Assembly: GCA_964463485.1 (NCBI GenBank)
Contig: CAYXDO010000010.1
Location: 34,105-98,104, forward strand
DNA from: an uncultured Myxococcales bacterium
Lineage (GTDB): Bacteria > Myxococcota > Kuafuiibacteriia > Kuafuiibacteriales > Kuafuiibacteriaceae
DNA: 64,000 nt
Direction of reading: 5' to 3'
In this document: positions 38,417-47,197 of the stretch, one piece after another
Position numbering within the stretch: the stretch's first letter is position 1
Layout: the number at the start of each line of letters is the position of its first letter
Notes under the pieces: model-generated
The model's database searches: none
What the model saw: only the letters and a program-made list of their open reading frames with translations
What the model was told of the DNA's origin: nothing
Translations under genes and position numbers: made by a program

Positions 38417-40756
38417 ATGTTAGTGTCATTCCGCGAGCGCATGCTGGGTTCGATCGAGGGCACGCACGGCCGTTCGCCCATCTCCTTCGAAATCGAAGCC
38501 AAGGGCGGCCCTGCCCTCCGCTTCTTGTCCCGAGGCAAGACCCGCATCGTCGGCGTGATTTCGGTGCCCCCCTTCGCCGACGCCGCTCCGCTGGCCGGCC
38601 GCCTCGAAGTCTCTCTGATCCCGGGGCGCACGATTTCTTATGATTTCGAGTTCGTCGGCTCGGACGGCGAACCCTACCGCTTCGTCGGAGAAAAAAACGT
38701 CAAGCTCACCCACCCGGTCGACGGCCTCACGCAGATGGCGGGCCGTCTCATGCGGGATGGGTCCGTCATCGCGTCGGGGCGCGTCGACTTTCTCCTCCCT
38801 GACCTGCCCTCTTTTCTCGCATCCTGGTCCCTCTCCCCCGAATGGTCCCCTCGCCTTCCGCTGAGCGAGTCGGAGCGAGAAATCCTACGCGCCCTGGCCG
38901 ACGCGATGATCCCGGCGGGCCGATTCGTACCCGAGGTCGACGAGCTCACTCAGGACGCAGCGCTCCGCTACCTCGATCATTTTCCGGTGCCTCTCCTCTT
39001 CGGTTATCGAGCCGGACTCTTCGCCCTCGAATCTCTCAGCCTGGCGACGACGCGCGCTCGCTTCACCAAGCTCAGCCGCACCGAACGGACCGAGCTCCTG
39101 GAGCGAGTCATGGACCACGCGGAGTCGAGCTTCGCCTCGCTCTCGGCCGCGCGGCTCGTGCACCTCCTCACCGCGTCGATCAAGCTGGTGCATTTCGGGC
39201 GCGCTGACTACGCCCGGGCGATTGGCCATCCCATCGCGACTCCGGTCGCCGCGGAGCCGGTGCCGCGCCACTTCGAACGGGTGAGATCGGCCGGCGAGTT
39301 GGACTCCGATCGGGAGCTCGAGGCCGACGTCGTGATCGTCGGAACCGGCGCTGGGGGTGGCGCCTTGGCCAAGGAGCTCGCCGAACGCGGGGTCGCGGTG
39401 CTCGTCATCGAGGAAGGTGGCTACCAAACTCGCAAGGACTTCTCGGGTCCCCCCATCGAGCGCATGCACCGAGTCTGGCGGGACCACGGACTCACCTTCG
39501 CCATCGGAGAGCCCGCGATCATCGTTCCGCTCGGACGAACCGTCGGAGGTACGACGGCGATCAACTCGGGGACCTGTTTCCGCGCGCCTGATCGCGTGTT
39601 GCTCGAATGGGTGCGTGAAGGAGGATTTCCGGAGGACTTCCTTCCCGGGTCGTTCGGTCATTACTACGACAAGGTCGCGAATGAGCTCGGCGTCACCGCC
39701 GGCACCAAACAGCTCTGCGGCGCGATCGGCGAGGTCGTCGGACGCGGCGCTGACGCGATGGGTTTGTCACACGGTCCTCTCCCGCGAAACGCTCCGGACT
39801 GTGACGCGCAGGCCGAGTGCATCTTGGGCTGCCCGACGGGCGCAAAACGGTCCACCGACGTGTCGTACGTTCCGCGAGCGCTCAAGGCGGGCGCCACTGT
39901 CCTCACCGGACTTCGCGCCGAACGCTTTGTTCTCAAAGGATCTAACGTACGCGCGATCGAGGCGCGGGCCGGCGAGCGGAAGCTATTGGTGCGAGGGAGG
40001 TCATTCGTGTTGTCGATGGGCTCCTTGATGACTCCGACTTTTCTCGAACGTCAGGGGCTCGACTTGCCGCGCCTTGGAAAAAACCTGTCCGTCCATCCGG
40101 CGCTCGGCCTCGTCGCGCTCATGGACGAAGACATGCAACCCTGGCACGCCGTCCCTCAAGGCTATGGGTTCTCTGGATACGAGGACGAAGGGATCTGCTT
40201 CGAAGGTTTTTATCTCCCACCTCCGCTTTTTCCGCCGATGCTGCCCATGGCCGGCCGTGAGCTCACCTGGTGGATGGATCGGTTTCGAAACCTCGGTCAG
40301 TTCGGGTTCATGGTGAAGGATCCAGGCGTGGGTCGGGTGCGGATGGGTCCGGACGGACGGTCGCTCATCTTTTACTCCGCGGATGACGCGACGGTGAAGA
40401 AGTTGGTGCGTGGGATCGCGGTGCTCTCGGAGGTCCTGATTCGGGGAGGGGCGAAGCAGGTCGTAACAGGCGCCATGGGCGTGCCCCCGGTGACTTCGGT
40501 GACCGCCGCGCGTGCGCTCGAAGACCGAGGGATTCGAGGATCTCAACTGGCGGCGTTGGGAGCGCATCCGCTCGGGACCTGTGCCATGGGAGCCAATGCC
40601 GAACGCGGCGTGGTGGATTTCGAGCATCGCGTGTTCGGGTTCGAAAATCTCTACGTCGTCGATGGGTCGTCGGTACCCACCTCGCTCGGCGTGAATCCGC
40701 AGATGACGATCATGGCGATGGCCACGCGCGCGGCCGAGCTCCTGGCGCGGGCTTGA
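38417..40756 (+). CDS. GMC family FAD-dependent oxidoreductase fused to an N-terminal unknown domain and a gluconate-2-dehydrogenase-subunit-3-like segment
   Basis: FAD motif VVIVGTGAGGGALAKELAERGVAVLVIEEGG. GMC C-terminal domain. Upstream segment SESEREILRALADAMIPAGRF resembles the gluconate 2-DH subunit 3 family. Confidence 0.75.
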   Translation: MLVSFRERMLGSIEGTHGRSPISFEIEAKGGPALRFLSRGKTRIVGVISVPPFADAAPLAGRLEVSLIPGRTISYDFEFVGSDGEPYRFVGEKNVKLTHPVDGLTQMAGRLMRDGSVIASGRVDFLLPDLPSFLASWSLSPEWSPRLPLSESEREILRALADAMIPAGRFVPEVDELTQDAALRYLDHFPVPLLFGYRAGLFALESLSLATTRARFTKLSRTERTELLERVMDHAESSFASLSAARLVHLLTASIKLVHFGRADYARAIGHPIATPVAAEPVPRHFERVRSAGELDSDRELEADVVIVGTGAGGGALAKELAERGVAVLVIEEGGYQTRKDFSGPPIERMHRVWRDHGLTFAIGEPAIIVPLGRTVGGTTAINSGTCFRAPDRVLLEWVREGGFPEDFLPGSFGHYYDKVANELGVTAGTKQLCGAIGEVVGRGADAMGLSHGPLPRNAPDCDAQAECILGCPTGAKRSTDVSYVPRALKAGATVLTGLRAERFVLKGSNVRAIEARAGERKLLVRGRSFVLSMGSLMTPTFLERQGLDLPRLGKNLSVHPALGLVALMDEDMQPWHAVPQGYGFSGYEDEGICFEGFYLPPPLFPPMLPMAGRELTWWMDRFRNLGQFGFMVKDPGVGRVRMGPDGRSLIFYSADDATVKKLVRGIAVLSEVLIRGGAKQVVTGAMGVPPVTSVTAARALEDRGIRGSQLAALGAHPLGTCAMGANAERGVVDFEHRVFGFENLYVVDGSSVPTSLGVNPQMTIMAMATRAAELLARA

Positions 40757-40780
40757 GCGAGTCGGCCCACGAGGGTTGGA

Positions 40781-42634
40781 TTGAGCGATCCGGCGGTCTC
40801 TGATTTCCCTGGACGAGGGGCGCCGAGAGTCGATTCCGTCCGCGTTCTCATCATCGGTTGTTTTGGGCTCGCCGGGCTGTTGCTGCTAATGGCCCGGACC
40901 GCCCCACCGGCCGGAGATGCCTGCGCGGTGTACCTCCCGGCTGCGCGAGCGTGGGTCGACGGTCGATTTTGGGACGGCGTCGAGCTTCATCGGCGGGGCG
41001 CTCTTCGCACGCCAATGTATGCCGGCCTGTCGGCGATGGTCGCCGCGGTGACTCCGCTCGGGGTTTTTCGAGCCGCTCAGGTCGTGAGTCTGTTGTCGAC
41101 GATGATCAGCCTGGAGCTGGCCGGTCGAATGGTCGAGCGCGGGGCGGGTCGCTTCGCCGCGAGAGTTTGTGTCGGTGCGCTCAGCTGTACACCGCTCGTC
41201 CTCGAGCACGCCGTGCAACCCATGTCCGACGCGCTCGGCTTGCTCTTTTGCATGGGGACGCTCGTGATCATCCTCGGGCGGCGGTCACGCCTCGGGGTCG
41301 CGTTCGCCGGCGGATCGGTCGCGTTGGCCGTACTCTCGAGGCCGGCTGCCTTGGTGCTCACGGGGTGGGTAGTCGTGGCTGCGGCGTTTCTTCCCTTCTT
41401 TGGACTCACGTGGCGGCAGAGGGCTTCGACGGGAGCGATCGTCGCAGTGGCTGGGTTGTTGCCGCTGTGGGTTTGGGCGCGGTGGCTGGGAAGTCCTTCA
41501 CCGGTTCACGCGCTCCATCCGAACATCACGTCAGACGCGATTCTCATCACGCCCGCGAACCTGCTGTCACACGTCGGCCCGTACCTACGTCATTTGCTGA
41601 CGCGGGCTCCGATCGAGATCGGCGCCACGGCACCGGCCTGGATCGTAGCGGCCGCGTGCGTCGGCTTTTGCCTCCTTTGGTTCAATCGAACGCACTTTTG
41701 GGTTGGGCTCGTCTCGTTTGGCTTCGCCTACGCGGCTGGGGTTTCGTGGTTTCCGTTCGAGGCACGCTACTCATTGCCGCTCGCACCGGTTTTTTCGGCG
41801 CTCGTTGGGTTGGCGGCGGCGTCGTTGGTCGAACGAGTGGCACGGCCGCACGCGAAGGCGTTTCTCACCACGGCGCTCGGTGCTCTGGGAGTGGCGATGG
41901 TCTTGGAGACTCGAACGTTGCTCGGTGTGTTCGAGGCGGAAACGGTCGAACGGAGGCCCGAGCGTGAGGTCACGGAGGTCGCGCTGCGTTTTCGAAAGCG
42001 ACGACCGGATATGATCGTGGGTGTGCACTGGTCGACGGAGACGTACTCTCCGGTGACCTTCGAGCTTCGGGAGCGCGGTGGCGTGGTTCGGAACGACTCT
42101 CCGATTCGACCGAAAGAGTCATTTTACCTCTATCTACCGGAAGAGGAGCGACGAGGAGGAGCGGAGCTCGAGCGTTGGCTCGTGTTTCGGGATTATTTTC
42201 GATTTCTCTACTTCGATCCTGGGGCCGTGCTGATCGAGCGCCGAGACAAAGGTCAGTGGCTCGCTCCGATGCGCGTGATCGTAGATGGTCGTCCCGCTGG
42301 TGTGCTCGCGGACGGGGACCCGCGGACGACGATCACGGCGACCGGCGTGGCCATTTTGTCGGTTGATTTGGGGCCCGCTCGCGGAGGAGGGACCCATACG
42401 GCGAGTCTGCGGAAGGTCGAGCTCGCGGCGCTGCCGGCGGCGAAGTCGGCGAAGTCAGGGGCCGGGCCGCTGGAGGTTTACGTGGCCCGTCCACGGCGTG
42501 AGCTCTCGTCGGAGCCTGGCCTCGGAGCGCATCTCATTACGCTGGGAAGCCTCGATGAGTTGCCGGACCAGTTGGAGGTGGAGGTTCGCGAAGGGGGCGA
42601 GCTCGCCGAGGTGTACGTGTGGACGGACGACTGA
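40781..42634 (+). CDS. GT-C fold membrane glycosyltransferase (PMT/ArnT-like, dolichyl-phosphate-mannose mannosyltransferase family)
   Basis: Multi-TM N-terminal half with PMT_2-like organisation, followed by a soluble C-terminal domain. Confidence 0.6.
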   Translation: MSDPAVSDFPGRGAPRVDSVRVLIIGCFGLAGLLLLMARTAPPAGDACAVYLPAARAWVDGRFWDGVELHRRGALRTPMYAGLSAMVAAVTPLGVFRAAQVVSLLSTMISLELAGRMVERGAGRFAARVCVGALSCTPLVLEHAVQPMSDALGLLFCMGTLVIILGRRSRLGVAFAGGSVALAVLSRPAALVLTGWVVVAAAFLPFFGLTWRQRASTGAIVAVAGLLPLWVWARWLGSPSPVHALHPNITSDAILITPANLLSHVGPYLRHLLTRAPIEIGATAPAWIVAAACVGFCLLWFNRTHFWVGLVSFGFAYAAGVSWFPFEARYSLPLAPVFSALVGLAAASLVERVARPHAKAFLTTALGALGVAMVLETRTLLGVFEAETVERRPEREVTEVALRFRKRRPDMIVGVHWSTETYSPVTFELRERGGVVRNDSPIRPKESFYLYLPEEERRGGAELERWLVFRDYFRFLYFDPGAVLIERRDKGQWLAPMRVIVDGRPAGVLADGDPRTTITATGVAILSVDLGPARGGGTHTASLRKVELAALPAAKSAKSGAGPLEVYVARPRRELSSEPGLGAHLITLGSLDELPDQLEVEVREGGELAEVYVWTDD

Positions 42635-42663
42635 GCGCCGTGTCTCGGCCGTGAGCGAGACGG

Positions 42664-42735
42664 GATCCCGGATCGGGCACGGGGGATCCTGGATCGGGCA
42701 CGGGCAGGGCTCGGGCACGGACGGGCACGGGCACG
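42664..42735. repeat. Degenerate tandem repeats of (GATCC)YGGATCGGGCACGGG / CGGGCACGG
   Basis: gatcccggatcgggcacggg ggatcctggatcgggcacggg cagggctcgggcacgg acgggcacgggcacg. Confidence 0.6.
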
Positions 42736-42884
42736 TTGGTCCGTGACACGAAAATGCTTTGGCGTGCACTGAGACCAGTCGAAACTGCCACGGTTCAGCA
42801 CGGCTGAAGTTCGTGCCCATGCCGTCGGCCGCAAGGAACCAGGCCTCGGCGGAAGGCTGATTTGACCTGAGGTATGATGGGCGC

Positions 42885-44111
42885 GTGAGGCTTTGTTTCA
42901 CGCTCGGCGGTACAAATCAGCAGGGTCAGCGCGTGATTCGGCGCGTCCACGCGGAGTGGGCGGCGGACGCCGTCGAGTCCCTGGCCAAGGAGGGCCTGGC
43001 AGACATTCGGCTGCATACCGACGAGACCACGGCGCTCAATACGGCGCTCACGAACGCTCAGGCGCGAAGGCTCTCGAAGCCTGAAATCACCGTACCGACG
43101 CCCGAGAAGGACATCGCTAGCCAAACGTCGTCGTTCCCGCCGCTGCAGTTCCATTTGCTCGGCCTACTCAGCTCGAGCTGGCTGCCCCTCCTCGCGGGTA
43201 CGGTGTTGATCGCTTCTTCGGTCTCCTTGGGAGCGCGGGGATGGGTCGCTTGCATCGTCGGGCTCGTCGGATTTGGGGTGCTCAAGGCGACGAGTGCGAT
43301 CGCAGCGCCGGTCTATCTCTACATCGCTCTCGTTCGCGCCCAGACCCGCGACCAGTGGGTGAAGAGCCGAAGGATTCAGGAGAGACTCTTGGCTGCGCTG
43401 AAGTCCGCTGGCTTCGAGCACGCGATCCCAGCGCACGAGCTCATCGTGCGAGAGGCCAACACGTTGGCCGCATCGGGTCGTCTATCAGAGGCGATCGACC
43501 TGTATGAGTCGGCTGGACGCGACGCGCTCATCCCGGCCTGGTTTCACTCGACCCGGAAGAGCTCCATCTTTGCGTGCGCCGGACGGTACGACGACGTGAT
43601 CGAGTGCTGTCGCAAGGCCTGCGAGCTGGCCCCGCGAATAGCCTCGCTTCACTACGACCTTGCGTTGCAGCTGCTACTCTATCGGCGAGATTCCGAGGCC
43701 GCTCGAGAGGCCGTGCTCGCCGCCGAAGGACTTCCGCTCGCAGAGTCGAGCAAGTGGATCATTTCCCTCGTGAACGGACTCATCGCGCTCGAAGAAGGTC
43801 GCTATGACCTCGCCAAGTCCGAGTTGATGGACTGTGACCGCCAAGTCCGCGCTCGACGGCATGTCACCTTCGATGGGTTCGAATCCATCATCGCAAGCTC
43901 GCTCTGCCTGGCGAACGTCGGCCTCCAGAAGCAGGGGGACGCACGAGCCGCGCTGCGAAGGGCCGGGCGCAAAGGTCCCAAATCGAGCGTCCAGTTCAAG
44001 AGGGCGACGAAGGCCTTCGCGACAGGACGCCTGTCGATCGTCGAAGAAGGCACTCTGTCGGTATCCACGGAGCCGCGAGAGCACGCTCAGCAGGCCGTTT
44101 CGGACACGTAG
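42885..44111 (+). CDS. Membrane-anchored TPR-like hypothetical protein
   Basis: Two TM helices (LLGLLSSSWLPLLAGTVLIASSV; CIVGLVGFGVLKATSAIAAPVYLYIAL), then a helical repeat region. Confidence 0.5.
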   Translation: MRLCFTLGGTNQQGQRVIRRVHAEWAADAVESLAKEGLADIRLHTDETTALNTALTNAQARRLSKPEITVPTPEKDIASQTSSFPPLQFHLLGLLSSSWLPLLAGTVLIASSVSLGARGWVACIVGLVGFGVLKATSAIAAPVYLYIALVRAQTRDQWVKSRRIQERLLAALKSAGFEHAIPAHELIVREANTLAASGRLSEAIDLYESAGRDALIPAWFHSTRKSSIFACAGRYDDVIECCRKACELAPRIASLHYDLALQLLLYRRDSEAAREAVLAAEGLPLAESSKWIISLVNGLIALEEGRYDLAKSELMDCDRQVRARRHVTFDGFESIIASSLCLANVGLQKQGDARAALRRAGRKGPKSSVQFKRATKAFATGRLSIVEEGTLSVSTEPREHAQQAVSDT

Positions 44112-44126
44112 CCCGTGAAGTGGCGC

Positions 44127-44666
44127 TCATTGCGGTTCGAACCGTTCATCCAGAGTCGCCAAGATCCAATCGAGAGCCTCCCATGGAGTGAGTGAGGGAA
44201 GCGGCACGCGCGGGTCCAAGAGTGGTTTCGCGGCTGGATTTGCGCCGATGTGACAGTGCAGCAGTGGGTGTCCACAGGGCCCTTGCCCGCTTTGGGCTTC
44301 CGTCAGGTCGATGCGCGCAAACCAGCCCTCGGCCACGATTGCGACCACGAACGAAAGAATCGAGGGTCCACGAGTGTCGTAGGTCGCCCGAAACCCAAGT
44401 AGGCCGTGCGGAAGCCGCCCGAGATCGGTGAGACGGATGCAGCGATGGCCATCATGAACCTCGTCAGCCGACTCTGCAACATACACCTCCCGTCGGGATC
44501 CGCTTCGTTTCTCTGAGATCCACCACGGAGCGCGCTCGTGACAGACCTTCGCGCGACTCAGCTTCGCGACTCGCGCACGAAGTTCGTCACGCAGATTGTC
44601 CTTCGGAACACAACGTCCATGGTTCACCTCGTCGGCCAGCGAGCGCCACCTGGATGCCGGACTCAA
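44127..44666 (-). CDS. Cys/His-rich hypothetical protein (third gene of the STAND-like operon)
   Basis: 179 aa. Clusters C19, C41-H43, H68/H71/C74, and C146-H148...H152-C153-H154 (CGHPLLHCH) suggest metal binding. 4-nt overlap with the upstream gene. Confidence 0.55.
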   Translation of the reverse strand: MSPASRWRSLADEVNHGRCVPKDNLRDELRARVAKLSRAKVCHERAPWWISEKRSGSRREVYVAESADEVHDGHRCIRLTDLGRLPHGLLGFRATYDTRGPSILSFVVAIVAEGWFARIDLTEAQSGQGPCGHPLLHCHIGANPAAKPLLDPRVPLPSLTPWEALDWILATLDERFEPQ

Positions 44667-45187
44667 GACCGGGACTCCAGGAGTAAGGCGTCATTCGCAA
44701 TCCACGAGTTCGCCAGAGTGTCCTCCAAAAGACCCGACCGCCACTCGGTCAGCCACTCCTCCGGGGATTTTCTGTGGATCTCGGAGAATCGTCTACGCTC
44801 GGACTCGATGTCCACGGTACCTTCGCCTCCGAAGTCGAGTCCTCGAATCCAACTCGCCAGAGCGGGTACGCCGCTCAGCGCGCGCTGACCTTCTCCTTCG
44901 TCTAGTAGGAAGAGAAACACCGGCACGGTCCGGTTCTGAAGCGAGTCCCGTACCCGCTCGAGGGCTTTGACCACTTCGGCCTCTCGCTCGGTGATGATTG
45001 CGAGCATCTCGTGCGGATGCGCAAGGACGTCATCGACGTCGGTCACGGTTGTCATGGGCCGCGCCGCGAGCGCGGCGATCTCGGACACTGCGACGTCTCG
45101 TTCTGAAAGAGATCGATACAGGACGACGGCAATAGGGGCTTTGCTCCAGAGCGCATGGAACAAGGCCGATTCGAAAGTTCGGCTCAA
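44663..45187 (-). CDS. Hypothetical protein (second gene of the STAND-like operon)
   Basis: 174 aa. No recognisable motif. 4-nt overlaps on both sides. Confidence 0.55.
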   Translation of the reverse strand: MSRTFESALFHALWSKAPIAVVLYRSLSERDVAVSEIAALAARPMTTVTDVDDVLAHPHEMLAIITEREAEVVKALERVRDSLQNRTVPVFLFLLDEGEGQRALSGVPALASWIRGLDFGGEGTVDIESERRRFSEIHRKSPEEWLTEWRSGLLEDTLANSWIANDALLLESRS

Positions 45188-46194
45188 GATGGCCTTCCGG
45201 AGAGGAGCGGGTGTAACACGGGCTGAGCTGAGCCCGAGTACTCGAGAAGAATGCCGTGAGTCAGGAATCGCACTTGCTGGTCCTCAGTCATGGGAGGGGC
45301 CGGGCGCAGGTGACGGTCAATTCCAAGCGCGAGAGCATCCCTGTCTTGCTGACTCAGCAGTCGATGAAAGCTTCGGGCGTGGTCTTGCACGGCGGACACC
45401 GCGTCCTCGAAATCCGGAAAATCATCGCCTCGGAGGGCTGCAGCGGCGGATGCGTCCATGAGGATCTGCAGAAAAAGTCGAGGCACCCCGCCGCTGTGTC
45501 CGGAGCAGAGGTCGACGACCTCGCCGAAACGACCTTCGAAACTCTCGAGACCCAATCGAGATCGGACGATCTCTCGAAAGAAGCTCCGGCCGGGCTCCGA
45601 TTGAGTTGGAATCGCGTGCAAGAGAAACAGCCGCAGGTGAGCCAAGACATCGAAAGCGGTCGACCCGGTCACGAGGCTCGGAGGTAGGATGAAAGCGACC
45701 TGGACCTCTGGAAAAAGCTCGAGAATCCTCTGAATCACCATCCGGGCCGCATCGATGGGTGCGCGCTCCAACCCATCCAGCAGGAGAACGACTCGGAGGT
45801 GCCGGGCTCGCAACTTATTGAATGCGAGCCTGGCCAAGTCGGTCGGAGGTCGAGATCCGGCCCGTCCCACGGACGCGGGCATGGCCTTGGAAGTGCGGCC
45901 AAGATGCTCCACACATTGAGTGAGGACCTGGTCGAGGGGCTCGTTCCAGTCCCGACATTCGAGAGGAACATAGACTGGGGCGAACTCATCCAGAGCCGAC
46001 AGCGCGGTAGTCGCACGAATCAATTCGGTCGTCTTGCCAATGCCAGCGGGACCGGCAACTGCGAAGGAGCGCCCCGGGCTCGCGTGCACGAGGCTCGCGA
46101 GACGCTCACCACCGTCCTCCGGCCGCCGGATGTACGCGTCGTCTCGCGGCGCGACGGGACGATATGGCGCGAGTCGCTCCCAAGGGATCGGCAC
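45184..46194 (-). CDS. Minimal NB-ARC/STAND-like P-loop NTPase (NBD-HD-WHD only, no sensor repeats)
   Basis: Walker A FAVAGPAGIGKTTEL (compare NB-ARC GMGGIGKTTLA). Walker B RVVLLLDGLE. GLPL-like motif CSGHSGGVPRLFLQIL (compare CGGLPLA). Possible MHD-like VQDHAR. Only 336 aa. Confidence 0.65.
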   Translation of the reverse strand: MPIPWERLAPYRPVAPRDDAYIRRPEDGGERLASLVHASPGRSFAVAGPAGIGKTTELIRATTALSALDEFAPVYVPLECRDWNEPLDQVLTQCVEHLGRTSKAMPASVGRAGSRPPTDLARLAFNKLRARHLRVVLLLDGLERAPIDAARMVIQRILELFPEVQVAFILPPSLVTGSTAFDVLAHLRLFLLHAIPTQSEPGRSFFREIVRSRLGLESFEGRFGEVVDLCSGHSGGVPRLFLQILMDASAAAALRGDDFPDFEDAVSAVQDHARSFHRLLSQQDRDALALGIDRHLRPAPPMTEDQQVRFLTHGILLEYSGSAQPVLHPLLSGRPS

Positions 46195-46646
46195 CGCCCG
46201 ATTATAGCCGGCCGTTGGCGACCTTGCAGACGATTCGCAGGCGACAATCGCGCACTCTTGCGATTACGTACGTTGGCCGAAGACCGCGCCCAGCTCGGCG
46301 GCCCGCACAGATCCGGCCCCTACACTCGCCGCGAGGGACTGAGCACGAAAGGCTTGGGAGAATCGGCGCGGGTGATGGACGATGGCTAGCCTGGAGCTCG
46401 CGCTGGTCACCATCTCCCGCTTCGTCTCGACCTGGGTGCCTGGAGCCGCCTCGGCCTTGACTGATTCCGCGACGGCGGCGGACGAAGAGCTCGAAATCGG
46501 TCGAAAGCCGGTCACCTGCATGAACGGCTTCTTCGCAATCCTCGGGCCAGGGCTCGAGACTCACGAGAACACGGCGCCGCGTCGCCTGCAGGCGACACCG
46601 GCAGTCCATTTCGTTCGCTCGAGGAAACGGGGACAACCATGTCGAG

Positions 46647-46988
46647 TCACATCCCCGGGATCGGCAGGTACTCCAAAACTTCGATCGTGAATCCGGGCAT
46701 CATGAGGTGCGGGTGACCGTCGAGGTGCTTCTTCACCGCTCCCATCGACTCGGCCTGCAGCACCGAATATCCGCCGATGAACCCAGTACCGGTCGGAGTC
46801 GACCCGCCCACCGTAACCGACTCTCCGAGCGGCGATCCGAGATCGACGATCGCGCTTCCAGCCCTACCGGCCCAAGCCATCCAAGCTTCCATGCCGGCCT
46901 TGGCATGCTCCGGCGTGGAGTTGGCCATCTGCTGAGCGCCGGAAATCGGTGATCGGTAGAGCACGAGGAACTTCTTCATGGCTGCCAA
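46647..46988 (-). CDS. YciI-like (YCII-related) small protein
   Basis: 113 aa. ...AWMAWAGRAG...GGYSVLQAESMGAVKKHLDGHPHL, typical of the YciI/Dabb fold. Confidence 0.65.
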   Translation of the reverse strand: MAAMKKFLVLYRSPISGAQQMANSTPEHAKAGMEAWMAWAGRAGSAIVDLGSPLGESVTVGGSTPTGTGFIGGYSVLQAESMGAVKKHLDGHPHLMMPGFTIEVLEYLPIPGM

Positions 46989-47197
46989 TCACCAGAACGT
47001 CAGCCGAAACGCAAGGCTTGCGGCGAGAGCTCGCGTGAACGGCGATCGGAAGGGCAATCCAGGCCGAATCGGCCGAGGACCGCGCGACCTGCGTCGCCGG
47101 CAAATCAGCCGGGCATCGGTCGCCTGGCTGATGACCTTCGCGCGCCGCCGACTAGGGTGGCGCCAAATCCGAGTCCGGAGAAGCCCACTTCTCCGCC

